A stretch of 64,000 nt of DNA, from NCBI GenBank assembly GCA_963715985.1, contig CAVQSP010000020.1, forward strand, positions 96,001 to 160,000, written 5' to 3'. Position numbers and translations under genes: made by a program. Below are positions 18,543-27,209 of the stretch, piece after piece. This DNA is from an uncultured Thermoleophilia bacterium (lineage in GTDB: Bacteria; Actinomycetota; Thermoleophilia; UBA2241). Each line of letters opens with the position of its first letter. Position 1 is the stretch's first letter. Below the pieces are notes generated by a model. The model had not been told where the DNA came from, searched no databases, and saw only the letters and a program-made list of their open reading frames with translations.

Positions 18543-18569
18543 TTGTCGGCATCTGCACGGGGGACTTGA
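18543..18569 (-). promoter_or_regulatory. Sigma28-type promoter of pilin 3
   Basis: TCAA-N15-GCCGACAA. Confidence 0.7.
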
Positions 18570-18620
18570 CCTTCTCTCCATGCGTGACCATACTCCTGCC
18601 CGGATCGCGGACATCGGAGA

Positions 18621-19320
18621 CTAGGACAAACGTCTATCCGGGGCGTGGCGACGCGCGCACGGACCGGCGCACGGCGTCGTGCCGGAGTGGGCGTGCGCGA
18701 CGGAACGGCTCAGAGGAACGCGAAGGTCGCCATGCACGAGACGAGCTTCACGCCCCGTGCTCGGCCACGCCTCGCGTCCTGCCTGGGCGCGGACGAGGTA
18801 GGCCTGTCGCCTTTGAAGACCAGCTCGGCGGAGGCCGCGACATCCTGCCCGGAGATCGTGTAGGTGTACGTCTCGTGACACGCGGGCCGGCCGTCCACGG
18901 TCGTCCAGGTGAGAGGCTCGGCGATCGCTGAGGCCGGGCAGGTCTCCGACCAGCATCGACCAGCATCGCCTCGAAGTCGCTCTTGTGCTTCTTGAAGTCG
19001 GCCTGTCGGACGGAGCAGCGCTCATCCCGTAGACGGCGACCTCGAGCGTGTCCACCGACTTGCCGTCTATCTGCGTGCCCTCGGGGTCCGCGAAGAAGAC
19101 GTCCAGCAAGGGCGCCTCAGGGTCTGGGCGTCCCGCGGGAATCTCCGCCTTCACGAATCCCGACGGATAGTCGACGGAGAAGCCGAACTCCCTCGTTGCT
19201 GTAGGTGGATGCCGGGAACCCGGCGTTCACGTCCTGCGAGGGAGCCGCGCCGCACGCCGCCGCGACGAGGCTCACGGCAAGGACACAGACGAGCACGGCA
19301 ACGCCGCTGATGCGCTTCAC
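18621..19320 (-). CDS. Putative lipoprotein, PsbP-like fold (several frameshifts; 3' end uncertain)
   Basis: Signal with lipobox VAAAC; YSN..FGFSVDYPSG motif across frames. Confidence 0.5.
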
Positions 19321-19390
19321 TTGACCTCCGGCACACGTCGCGGCCCGGGTCCTCCACCAGGCCCGCTCCCCGCTCTCTCGGCGACGCGGC

Positions 19391-20131
19391 CTAGAAGACC
19401 TTGTGCCCCAGGATCGCCTTGAGTCTGCCCAAGGCCTTGATGGACTCACGTGACACCTTCTTCTGCGTGAGACCCAGCTCCTCCGCCACCTCGGTCTGCG
19501 TGAGCTCGCGGAAGAACAGCAGGTAGATGAGACGGCGCTGGAAGAAGGAGAGCTTGTCCATCGCGCTGTAGAGCGTGATGCGGTCCTCGATGGGCAGGGC
19601 GAACGACTCCTGGCGCAGCGAATGCACCATGCCTCGGTCCGCGTGGGCGTCCATCTCGCCGGGCGTGAAGGGCTCGTTGCGGCTGTGCAGCTCGATGCGG
19701 GCGTACAGGTTGGTGACCTCGAGGATGCCGGCCTCGTTGATGTTGAGCGCCTGGGCGAGCTCGCTGAGCTCGGGCGGCCTCCCCAGCTTGCGCAGGAGCT
19801 CGTTGGACTTGGCCTGGATCTCGCCGTACACCTTCTTCACCCAGCGGGGCTGTCGCATGAGCAGGGAGTCGCGCAGATGGTGCCGCAGCTCCCCGTCCAC
19901 GATGGCGGTGGCGTACGTGGAGAACCTCACCCCGCGGTCGCCGTCAAAGCGCTGGGCGGCCTTGATGAGCCCGAGGTTGGCGACCTGGAGGAGGTCTTCG
20001 TAGGGCTCGCTGGCGTAGGCGAAGCGCTTGAGGATGTGGTGCAGGAGGTTCTGGTTGCGCCGCACCAGCTCGTCGAGCGCCGCCGGCGATCCGGTCTGCT
20101 CATACGTGACAAGAAGCTCTTCGTTGTCCAC
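19391..20131 (-). CDS. SigB/SigF-family RNA polymerase sigma factor
   Basis: EDLLQVANLGLIKAAQRFD, FSTYA..IVDGELRHHLRD, TQTEVAEELGLTQKKVSR. Confidence 0.9.
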   Translation of the reverse strand: MDNEELLVTYEQTGSPAALDELVRRNQNLLHHILKRFAYASEPYEDLLQVANLGLIKAAQRFDGDRGVRFSTYATAIVDGELRHHLRDSLLMRQPRWVKKVYGEIQAKSNELLRKLGRPPELSELAQALNINEAGILEVTNLYARIELHSRNEPFTPGEMDAHADRGMVHSLRQESFALPIEDRITLYSAMDKLSFFQRRLIYLLFFRELTQTEVAEELGLTQKKVSRESIKALGRLKAILGHKVF

Positions 20132-20146
20132 GTCGGCCGCCGGCTC

Positions 20147-21358
20147 TCACTTCACGATGTTCATCATGTTGAAGATCGGCAGGTACATGGAGATGACGAC
20201 CAGGCCCACGATGGCACCGACGCCGAGCATGAGGATGGGCTCGAGGATGGACGTCAGCGACTTGATGCTCGCGTTGACCTCGTCCTCGTAGAAGTCGGCG
20301 ATCTTGCTCAGCATGGCGTCCAGGGAGCCCGTCTCCTCCCCCACCGAGATCATCTGCGTGACCATCGGCGGGAACACCGGCACCTTCTCCAGCGGCTTCG
20401 TGATGGACTCCCCCTCCTTGACGCTCTGCTGGACGTCCACCATGGCCTTCTCGATGACCGCGTTGCCGGCCGCCTGCCCGGTGATCTCGATGGCCTGGAG
20501 GATGGGGACGCCCGAGGCGATGAGCGTGCCCATGGTCCGCGAGAAGCGGGCCACGGCCAGCTTGCGCACGATCTGCCCGATGCCCATGGGGATGCGCAGC
20601 TTCATGCGGTCCCAGACCATGGTGCCGCGCTCCGTACGCTTGAGACGACGCAGGCCCCAGATGAGCGCGATGATCGCCGCGAGGACGACGAGCCCCCACC
20701 AGCTGCGGAAGATCGCCGAGACGCTGACCATGATGCGCGTGAGGAACGGCAGCTTGGCGTTGCCGAGATCCTTGTACATGCCGGCGAAGATGGGGATGAG
20801 GAACAGCACCATGCCGATGAGCACGAGGATCGCGAAGGAGCCGATGAGGATCGGGTACACCATGGCGGACTTCACGGCCCGCCGGATGCTGTCCTCTTTC
20901 TCCAGCTGCGTGGCGAGGCGGTTCAGCACCTCGTCCAGGATGCCGCCCAGCTCCCCGGCGCGGACCATGCTGACGTACAGACGGCTGAACACCCTGGGGT
21001 GCTTCTCCAGCGAATCGGAGAGGCTGATGCCGGCTTCGACGTCTGCGCGGATCTCGCCGACGACCTTGGCCAGCTGCTTGTTGGGCGTCTGCTCCTCGAG
21101 GACGTAGAGACAGCGGAGCATGGAGAGACCCGAGTTGACCATCGTCGCGAACTGGCGCGAGAAGACGGTGAGGTCCTTGGACTTGATGTGGCCGCCGATC
21201 TCGATGGACCCCCAACCCTGCTTGACCTCGTTGAGGTCGAGGACGGTGAAACCCTGGTTGCGCAGCGTCGCGGCGACGGCCGCCTTGGTGTCGCCGTCGA
21301 TCTTGCCGGTGGCCTGGGCGCCGCGCTGGTCTATCGCTTTGTACGCGAACGTCGTCAT
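20147..21358 (-). CDS. pilC: Type IV pilus platform protein PilC
   Basis: FSRQFATMVNSG, AGELGG, AMVYP, GEETGSL, EP, MYLPIF. Confidence 0.95.
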   Translation of the reverse strand: MTTFAYKAIDQRGAQATGKIDGDTKAAVAATLRNQGFTVLDLNEVKQGWGSIEIGGHIKSKDLTVFSRQFATMVNSGLSMLRCLYVLEEQTPNKQLAKVVGEIRADVEAGISLSDSLEKHPRVFSRLYVSMVRAGELGGILDEVLNRLATQLEKEDSIRRAVKSAMVYPILIGSFAILVLIGMVLFLIPIFAGMYKDLGNAKLPFLTRIMVSVSAIFRSWWGLVVLAAIIALIWGLRRLKRTERGTMVWDRMKLRIPMGIGQIVRKLAVARFSRTMGTLIASGVPILQAIEITGQAAGNAVIEKAMVDVQQSVKEGESITKPLEKVPVFPPMVTQMISVGEETGSLDAMLSKIADFYEDEVNASIKSLTSILEPILMLGVGAIVGLVVISMYLPIFNMMNIVK

Positions 21359-21432
21359 CTGTCTCCCTCAGGCCCATGGCCGGCGGACGACTCCGGCAGG
21401 TGCCGGCGCGCCTCCGCGGCCGCTCTCCATGG

Positions 21433-21459
21433 ATATCGGCATCGCTCGCTAATCCTTCA
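21433..21459 (-). promoter_or_regulatory. Sigma28-type promoter of pilC-sigma
   Basis: TGAA-N15-GCCGATAT. Confidence 0.65.
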
Positions 21460-21471
21460 GCCCCTTCTGCG

Positions 21472-22572
21472 TCAGCGGCCCGCGGCGGCGGCCACGGGGT
21501 GCCCGCCGGGCGGCTGCACCAGCAGGCGCTCGAACTCCTGGGGCGTGCTGGAGCGGTTCTTGGCCAGCTCGCGCGTGATGATGCCGCGGCGCACGAGGTC
21601 GGCCAGCGCCGCGTCCATGGTCTGCATGCCGAACTGCGTGCCCGTCTGCATGGTGGAGTAGATCTGGTGCGTCTTGCCCTCGCGGATGAGGTTGCGCACG
21701 GCCGGCGTGGGCACCAGGATCTCGCAGGCCACCACGCGACCGCGGCCGTCCTTGGTGGGCAGCAGTTGCTGCGTACACACGCCCATGAGCGTGGTGGAGA
21801 GCTGCACGCGGATCTGCTCCTGCTGGTGCGGCGGGAAGACGTCGATGATGCGGTCGATGGTCTGCGGAGCGTCCTGCGTGTGGAGCGTGGCGAACACCAG
21901 GTGGCCGGTCTCCGCCGCGGTCAGTGCTGTGCCCATGGTCTCGGTGTCGCGCATCTCGCCGACGAGGATGATGTCCGGGTCCTGGCGCAGCACGCTCTTG
22001 AGGGCGCGGCTGAAGCCCTTGGTGTCCGCGCCCACCTCGCGCTGGTTCACCATGCACTTCTTGTGACGGTGCAGGAACTCGATGGGGTCCTCGATGGTCA
22101 TGATGTGCTCTTCGCGCGTCTCGTTGATCTCGTCGATGAGAGCCGCGAGCGTGGTGGACTTGCCGCAGCCTGTGGGGCCGGTCACGACGACGAACCCGCG
22201 CGGCTTGCGCGCGAGCTCGTGCAGGGTGCGCGGCAGCCCGAGGTCCTCCAGCCTCTTGATCGTGATGGGAATAAGGCGGAAGGCGGCACCCAGGCTGTTG
22301 CGCTGGAAGTAGGCGTTGACGCGGAACCGCGCCCGGCCGGGGACGGAGTACGAGAAGTCGATCTCCCACTCGTTCTCCAGGCGCTGCCGCTGGTCCTGGG
22401 AGAGGATGCTGTAGATGAGCTCGCGGGTGTCGTTGGCGCTCAGGCGCGGGTAGTCCAGACGTTCGAGCACGCCGTTGGTGCGGATGATCGGTGGCGACCC
22501 GACCGTGAGGTGGAGGTCGCTGGCGTCACGCTCGAGGACTTCGAGAAGGACGTCGACCAGGTCCATTGTCAC
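21472..22572 (-). CDS. pilT: Type IV pilus retraction ATPase PilT
   Basis: ASDLHL, GPTGCGKSTT, TIEDPIE, AAETGHL, AVRNLIRE. Confidence 0.95.
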   Translation of the reverse strand: MTMDLVDVLLEVLERDASDLHLTVGSPPIIRTNGVLERLDYPRLSANDTRELIYSILSQDQRQRLENEWEIDFSYSVPGRARFRVNAYFQRNSLGAAFRLIPITIKRLEDLGLPRTLHELARKPRGFVVVTGPTGCGKSTTLAALIDEINETREEHIMTIEDPIEFLHRHKKCMVNQREVGADTKGFSRALKSVLRQDPDIILVGEMRDTETMGTALTAAETGHLVFATLHTQDAPQTIDRIIDVFPPHQQEQIRVQLSTTLMGVCTQQLLPTKDGRGRVVACEILVPTPAVRNLIREGKTHQIYSTMQTGTQFGMQTMDAALADLVRRGIITRELAKNRSSTPQEFERLLVQPPGGHPVAAAAGR

Positions 22573-22597
22573 TTCCTCTTGTCGGTATTGCCGTACA

Positions 22598-24677
22598 TCA
22601 GATGATCACGCGGGCGATCTCTTCCACGGAGGTCATGCCGAGCAGCACCTTGTCGATGCCGTCCTCGCGCAGTGCCTTCATGCCTTCGGCCGCGGCTACG
22701 CGGGAGATCTCGTCCGCGCTCTTGCGCTCGACCGTGAGCCTGCGGATGGCCTCGCTCACGACCATGACCTCGTACAGGCCCAGGCGCCCCTTGTAGCCGG
22801 TAGTGTTGCACCTCGAGCAGCCTTTCGCACGGTAGAGAACCACGTCATCCCGGTCACAAACCTCGGGCGGGAAGTCGTTCTTGCGCAGCATCTCTTTGGT
22901 CGCCGTATAGGGCTCTCTGCATTCTTTGCAGAGCCGGCGAGCCAGCCGCTGGGCGAGGACCGCATCGACGGCTGAGGCCGTCAGGAACGGCTCGATCCCC
23001 ATCTCCGTGAGGCGCGACAGAGCGCCGGGGGCGTCGTTGGTGTGCAGGGTGCTGAGCACGAGGTGGCCCGTGAGGGCCGACTCGATGGCGATGAGCGCCG
23101 TCTCGCGATCGCGGATCTCGCCGACCATGACGATGTCGGGGTCGCAGCGCAGGATCGAACGCAGCGCCGCGGCGAACGTCATGCCGGCGCGCACGTTGAC
23201 CTGGACCTGGTTGATCCCCTGCAGGCGGTACTCCACCGGGTCCTCGACCGTGATGACGTTCTTCTCGCTGGAGTTGAGGATGTTGAGTGCCGCGTAGAGC
23301 GTCGTGGACTTGCCCGACCCGGTCGGGCCGGTGACGAGGATGGCCCCGTAGGGCTTGAGGAAGGCCTTGCGAAAGCGCTTGAGCGCCTTCTCCGAGAAGC
23401 CCAGGTCCTCGAGGTCCAGCATGACGTTGGACTTGTCGAGGAGGCGCATGACGACCTTCTCGCCGTACACGGTGGGCAGGGTCGCGACGCGCATGTCGAT
23501 GGGCTTGCCGCCCACGAGAAGGCCGATGCGCCCGTCCTGCGGGACGCGCCGCTCGGCGATGTCCAGCTCCGCCATGATCTTGAGCCGGCTGAGGACGGAG
23601 GGCTGCATGCGCCGGGGGACGGACATGATCTCGTGCAGCACGCCGTCGATGCGGAAGCGGATGAGCAACTCCTTGGCCTGCGGCTCGAAGTGGATGTCGC
23701 TGGCGCCATCGTCCACCGACTGCGCGATGACCGAGTTGACCAGCTTGACGATCGGCGCCTCTTCGGTGGCCTCGCGAATGTCCTCGGGCTCGCCCAAGAG
23801 CTCGGCGAACCCGTCCTCCTCGGCCCTGCTCTCGTCGATCTCGGGGCGGTCACGGTACATCCTGGCGATGGCGCCGTAGATGTCCTCCTCGCTGGCGATG
23901 GCCGGCTGGATGGCGAATCCGGTGATGATCTCGAGGTCCTGGAGGGCGACCAGGTTCTGCGGGTCCACCATGGCGACGAGCAGCGTGTTGTCGTCGAGGA
24001 AACGCACCGGCGCCACGCCGTACCGGCGCGCCAGGCGTTCGTCGATGTAGCCCGAGGCGGCGGCGTCCAGCGACGTGTCGGTGAGGTCGATGTATGTCAC
24101 ACCGAACTTCGCCGCGAGCGCCCTCGCCAGGTCCAACGCGGTCAGGGCGCCGTCTTCGATGAGCAGCTGCCCCAGACGCCTGCGGGTCTCCTTCTGCCGG
24201 GACAGGGCCGCCGCGATCTGCTCCTCAGTGACCAGGCCCATGTCTTTGAGGATATCGCCGAGGCGCAGCTTGGAGGCGCGCTGTGACCGCACCGACTCTC
24301 TCGAGCAGATCGTCGGTGGTGACGCCGCGAGGAGCCTCTTCAGCCGCCAACGCCTCAGCCAGGACATCCAACGGAGCAACGTTCTCGCGCCCAGTTTGCG
24401 CTGCGCCCGCAGCCCCGTCGCCGGTCTCCGCCTGAGACTGCTCGCCGTTGGGCCGCGTGAACGCGGCCACGTCCGCCTCTTCCCCAGCGGCCGCAGCTTC
24501 CGCAGCCTGTACAAGGACTTCCAGCTGCTCGTCAAAGGGACGCTGTGGCTCAGGCGACGCCTGCAGACTGTCCTCAGGAGCCCCAGACGGGGTCATCATC
24601 GATTCCAGGGCTCCTCCTCCGCTGCCCTTCTTGGACACCTGCTTGGCTCTTGCCGGCGCTCTTTTGTCATCTTTCAT
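22598..24677 (-). CDS. pilB: Type IV pilus extension ATPase PilB with MshEN domain and acidic N-terminal extension (frameshift near 24275)
   Basis: ASDIHFEP, GPTGSGKST, TVEDPVE, CxxC...CxxC zinc site; ATG 24677 overlaps aroE end. Confidence 0.92.
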
Positions 24678-25488
24678 GGATCGCATCTCGCATCACATCC
24701 AGCGGTGCCGTCCGGTCCGTCCACAGCTCGAAGGCGGCCGCCGCCTGGCGCACGAGCATCTCGAGGCCCCCGACCACGGTGGCTTGGCGTGCCCGCGCCC
24801 GCACGAGGAACCTGGTCTCGTCGGGAGCGTACACGACGTCGAACGCTACCTGCCTCGCGCTTAGGTTATCGGCTAACAGCGCAGGGACTTTACCGGCGCC
24901 CGCCATGCCGAGCGATGTGGCATTGGCGACTATGGACTGCGCGCCGACGAGCTCCGCATCGAGGGCCTCCAACGGCAGCCAGCGGCACTCGGCCGCGGGG
25001 ACGGCCGCGGTGATCAGCGCCGCCAGGCGCTCGGCCGCCGCGGCCGTGCGATTCACCACCGTGAGGCGCACGCCCATGCGCACCAGCGCGAGGGCGACAG
25101 CGCGCGCCGCGCCACCGGCGCCAAGCACCAGGCCGGGGGCGCCACGCAGGTCGTCCCCGCAAGCGTCCTCCAGTGCTCCGCGTACCCCTTCCACGTCGGT
25201 GTTGTGCCCCACCAGATCGGGGCCGTCGACGGTGATCGTGTTCACGGCCTCAACGAGCGCCGCATCGCCTTCCACGCGGTCGAGGTACGGGAGGACGGCG
25301 GCCTTGTGCGGCACGGTGACGTTGGCGCCGCGCAGGCCGAGGGCCCTCAGGCCCTCCACCGCGGCGCCCACCTCCTCGCGGCGCACAGGCAGCGGCACGT
25401 ACACCCAGTCAAGCCCCAGCGCCGCGAAGGCGGCGTTGTGCAGTGCCGGTGAGAGCGAGTGCCCCACCGGGTCGCCGATGATGCCCAC
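24667..25488 (-). CDS. aroE: Shikimate dehydrogenase (true start probably ~25525)
   Basis: GDPVGHSLSP, ANVTVPHK, AVNT, NTD, GAGGAAR, GLEMLVRQA. Confidence 0.94.
   Translation of the reverse strand: MGIIGDPVGHSLSPALHNAAFAALGLDWVYVPLPVRREEVGAAVEGLRALGLRGANVTVPHKAAVLPYLDRVEGDAALVEAVNTITVDGPDLVGHNTDVEGVRGALEDACGDDLRGAPGLVLGAGGAARAVALALVRMGVRLTVVNRTAAAAERLAALITAAVPAAECRWLPLEALDAELVGAQSIVANATSLGMAGAGKVPALLADNLSARQVAFDVVYAPDETRFLVRARARQATVVGGLEMLVRQAAAAFELWTDRTAPLDVMRDAIHER
24866..24892 (-). promoter_or_regulatory. Sigma28-type promoter for pilB, inside aroE
   Basis: Perfect TAAA-N15-GCCGATAA. Confidence 0.82.
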
Positions 25489-25614
25489 AACCGATGTCGT
25501 ACCGGATACCGTAGGAGTCCCTTCAAGAGCTTGCCGGCCGGCGCGCCAGGCGCGCCCCTCTACATTAGGCGCCGGCCCCGCCGCTCCTGCCGCGCGAGTG
25601 CGCCGGCGCCCAGG

Positions 25615-26823
25615 TCACTGGCCGTTGGCGCGGGCCTTCGCCTGGTCGGCGAGGAACTGGTCGTAGTCCGAGGAGAAGTAGTGCCGGCCCGAGCCGTCGT
25701 TGCGTGCCACGTAGTACAAGTACGGCACGTCGGCCGGGTCTGCGGCCGCCTTGAGCGCCGCGAGGCCCGGGTTCGAGATGGGCGTGGGCGGCAGACCCGC
25801 GTGCTTGTACGTGTTGTACGGCGAGTCGATCTTGAGGTCCTCGAAGGTGAGTACGGGCTTGGTCTTGCCCAGGGCGTACTGCACGGTGGCGTCGATCTGC
25901 AGCATCATGTCCTTGCGCAGGCGGTTCCAGATGACGGCGGCCACGAGGCGGCGCTCCCCCGGCATCTGCGCCTCCCGGTCGATCATCGAGGCGATGATGA
26001 CGACGTCGTACGCTGTGAGGTTGGCCTTGGTGGCGCGCGCCAGGTCGACCTTGGCGAAGTACCTGTCGAACGTGGCGAGCTGTTCGTCGACGAACTCCGT
26101 GGCCGAGATCTTGGGCAGGACCTCGTAGGTGGCCGGGAACAGCATGCCCTCCAGGGTCGTCCCCTTCTTGTAGCCGTCGAGGTCGAACGGCGGGGGCTCG
26201 TCACGGGCGACCTCGACGTAGCCGGCCGCGGAGATCGATGGCACCACGGCCGCCACTCTGACGGAGGCCTGTCTCAGCGTGGTGCCCTCCGGGATGCTCA
26301 CCTTGATCGTGGGCGCGTTGACACCCTTGGTCAGGAGCGCCACGAGGCGCTCGTAGGGCTCGTTCCGGTGAAAGGTGTACGTGCCCGGTTTGAACTCGGT
26401 GGCGTAGCCGTCCCCTTGCGCGCGGATGACGAAGGCGCGCGCGTGCTTGACGACGCCCTTCGCCTCCAGCTGGTCGGCGATGGAGCTGAGGCTGGCCCCG
26501 ACGGGCACGACGACCTTCACCGTCCCGCCCATGGCGCCGGTGGAGAAGTACCCGCGCGCGTAGCCGGTGCCGATCCCCAGGATGAAGGCGAGCACGGCCA
26601 CCAGCAGGTAGCCCATGAAGCGGCGGCGGCGGCGCCCGGGGCGGTCCCTGCCGCCGGCGTACCGCGGATCGTCCCCCGTGAACGACGGCTCGAGGTCGTC
26701 CCACTCGGTCGGCCCGGCGGCCCTGCGCCGCCCGGCCACCTCCGGACGGCCGGCCGCCGCGATAGACCTGCCACCCCTCGCCGGGTGGCCGCGGTCCGAC
26801 CGGCGGAGGCTGTCCGGGGTCAT
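25615..26823 (-). CDS. mltG: Endolytic transglycosylase MltG
   Basis: IPEG, LEGMLFPATY, IASMIDRE, LQIDAT, SPYNTY..GLPPTPI.NPG. Confidence 0.95.
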   Translation of the reverse strand: MTPDSLRRSDRGHPARGGRSIAAAGRPEVAGRRRAAGPTEWDDLEPSFTGDDPRYAGGRDRPGRRRRRFMGYLLVAVLAFILGIGTGYARGYFSTGAMGGTVKVVVPVGASLSSIADQLEAKGVVKHARAFVIRAQGDGYATEFKPGTYTFHRNEPYERLVALLTKGVNAPTIKVSIPEGTTLRQASVRVAAVVPSISAAGYVEVARDEPPPFDLDGYKKGTTLEGMLFPATYEVLPKISATEFVDEQLATFDRYFAKVDLARATKANLTAYDVVIIASMIDREAQMPGERRLVAAVIWNRLRKDMMLQIDATVQYALGKTKPVLTFEDLKIDSPYNTYKHAGLPPTPISNPGLAALKAAADPADVPYLYYVARNDGSGRHYFSSDYDQFLADQAKARANGQ

Positions 26824-27209
26824 TCGTCACTGATGGTCCTCAGGTAGTCCTCGAGCAGCGCGGCCGCGGCGCGCGCGTCGCGCGCGGCGCTGCCGCCGCG
26901 CCGGTCCGCGAGCGCGGAGGTGAAGCGCTCGTCGTACAGGTCCACGGGGATGTCGAGCGCCTCGGCCAGGCGCGCCGCGAAGGCGCGGGCGCGCCGCGCC
27001 TGCGCGTGTTCGCGGCCGTCCAGAGACACAGGCAGTCCCACCACGACGCGCTCAGGCCCGCGCTCGGCGATCAGGGTCAGCAATGCCGCCTGACCCGCGG
27101 GGGATTCCACCTGGTCGATCACGGTGAGCGGCGTCGCCAGAGTGCCGGTCTCGTCCGAGATGGCGACACCGGTGCGCACCTGACCGTGATCGAGCGCAAG
27201 GACCCGCAC
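26820..27209 (-). CDS. ruvX: RuvX/YqgF pre-16S rRNA nuclease
   Basis: LALDHG..RTGVAISD, VVGLP, DERFTS, D..AA..LL. Confidence 0.93.
   Translation of the reverse strand: MRVLALDHGQVRTGVAISDETGTLATPLTVIDQVESPAGQAALLTLIAERGPERVVVGLPVSLDGREHAQARRARAFAARLAEALDIPVDLYDERFTSALADRRGGSAARDARAAAALLEDYLRTISDE

Noticed and set aside
18430-18620. Third riboswitch upstream of pilin 3
   Set aside because: No GGCAAACC/CGCAAAGC core or class II features found; only a sigma28-like promoter and small hairpins
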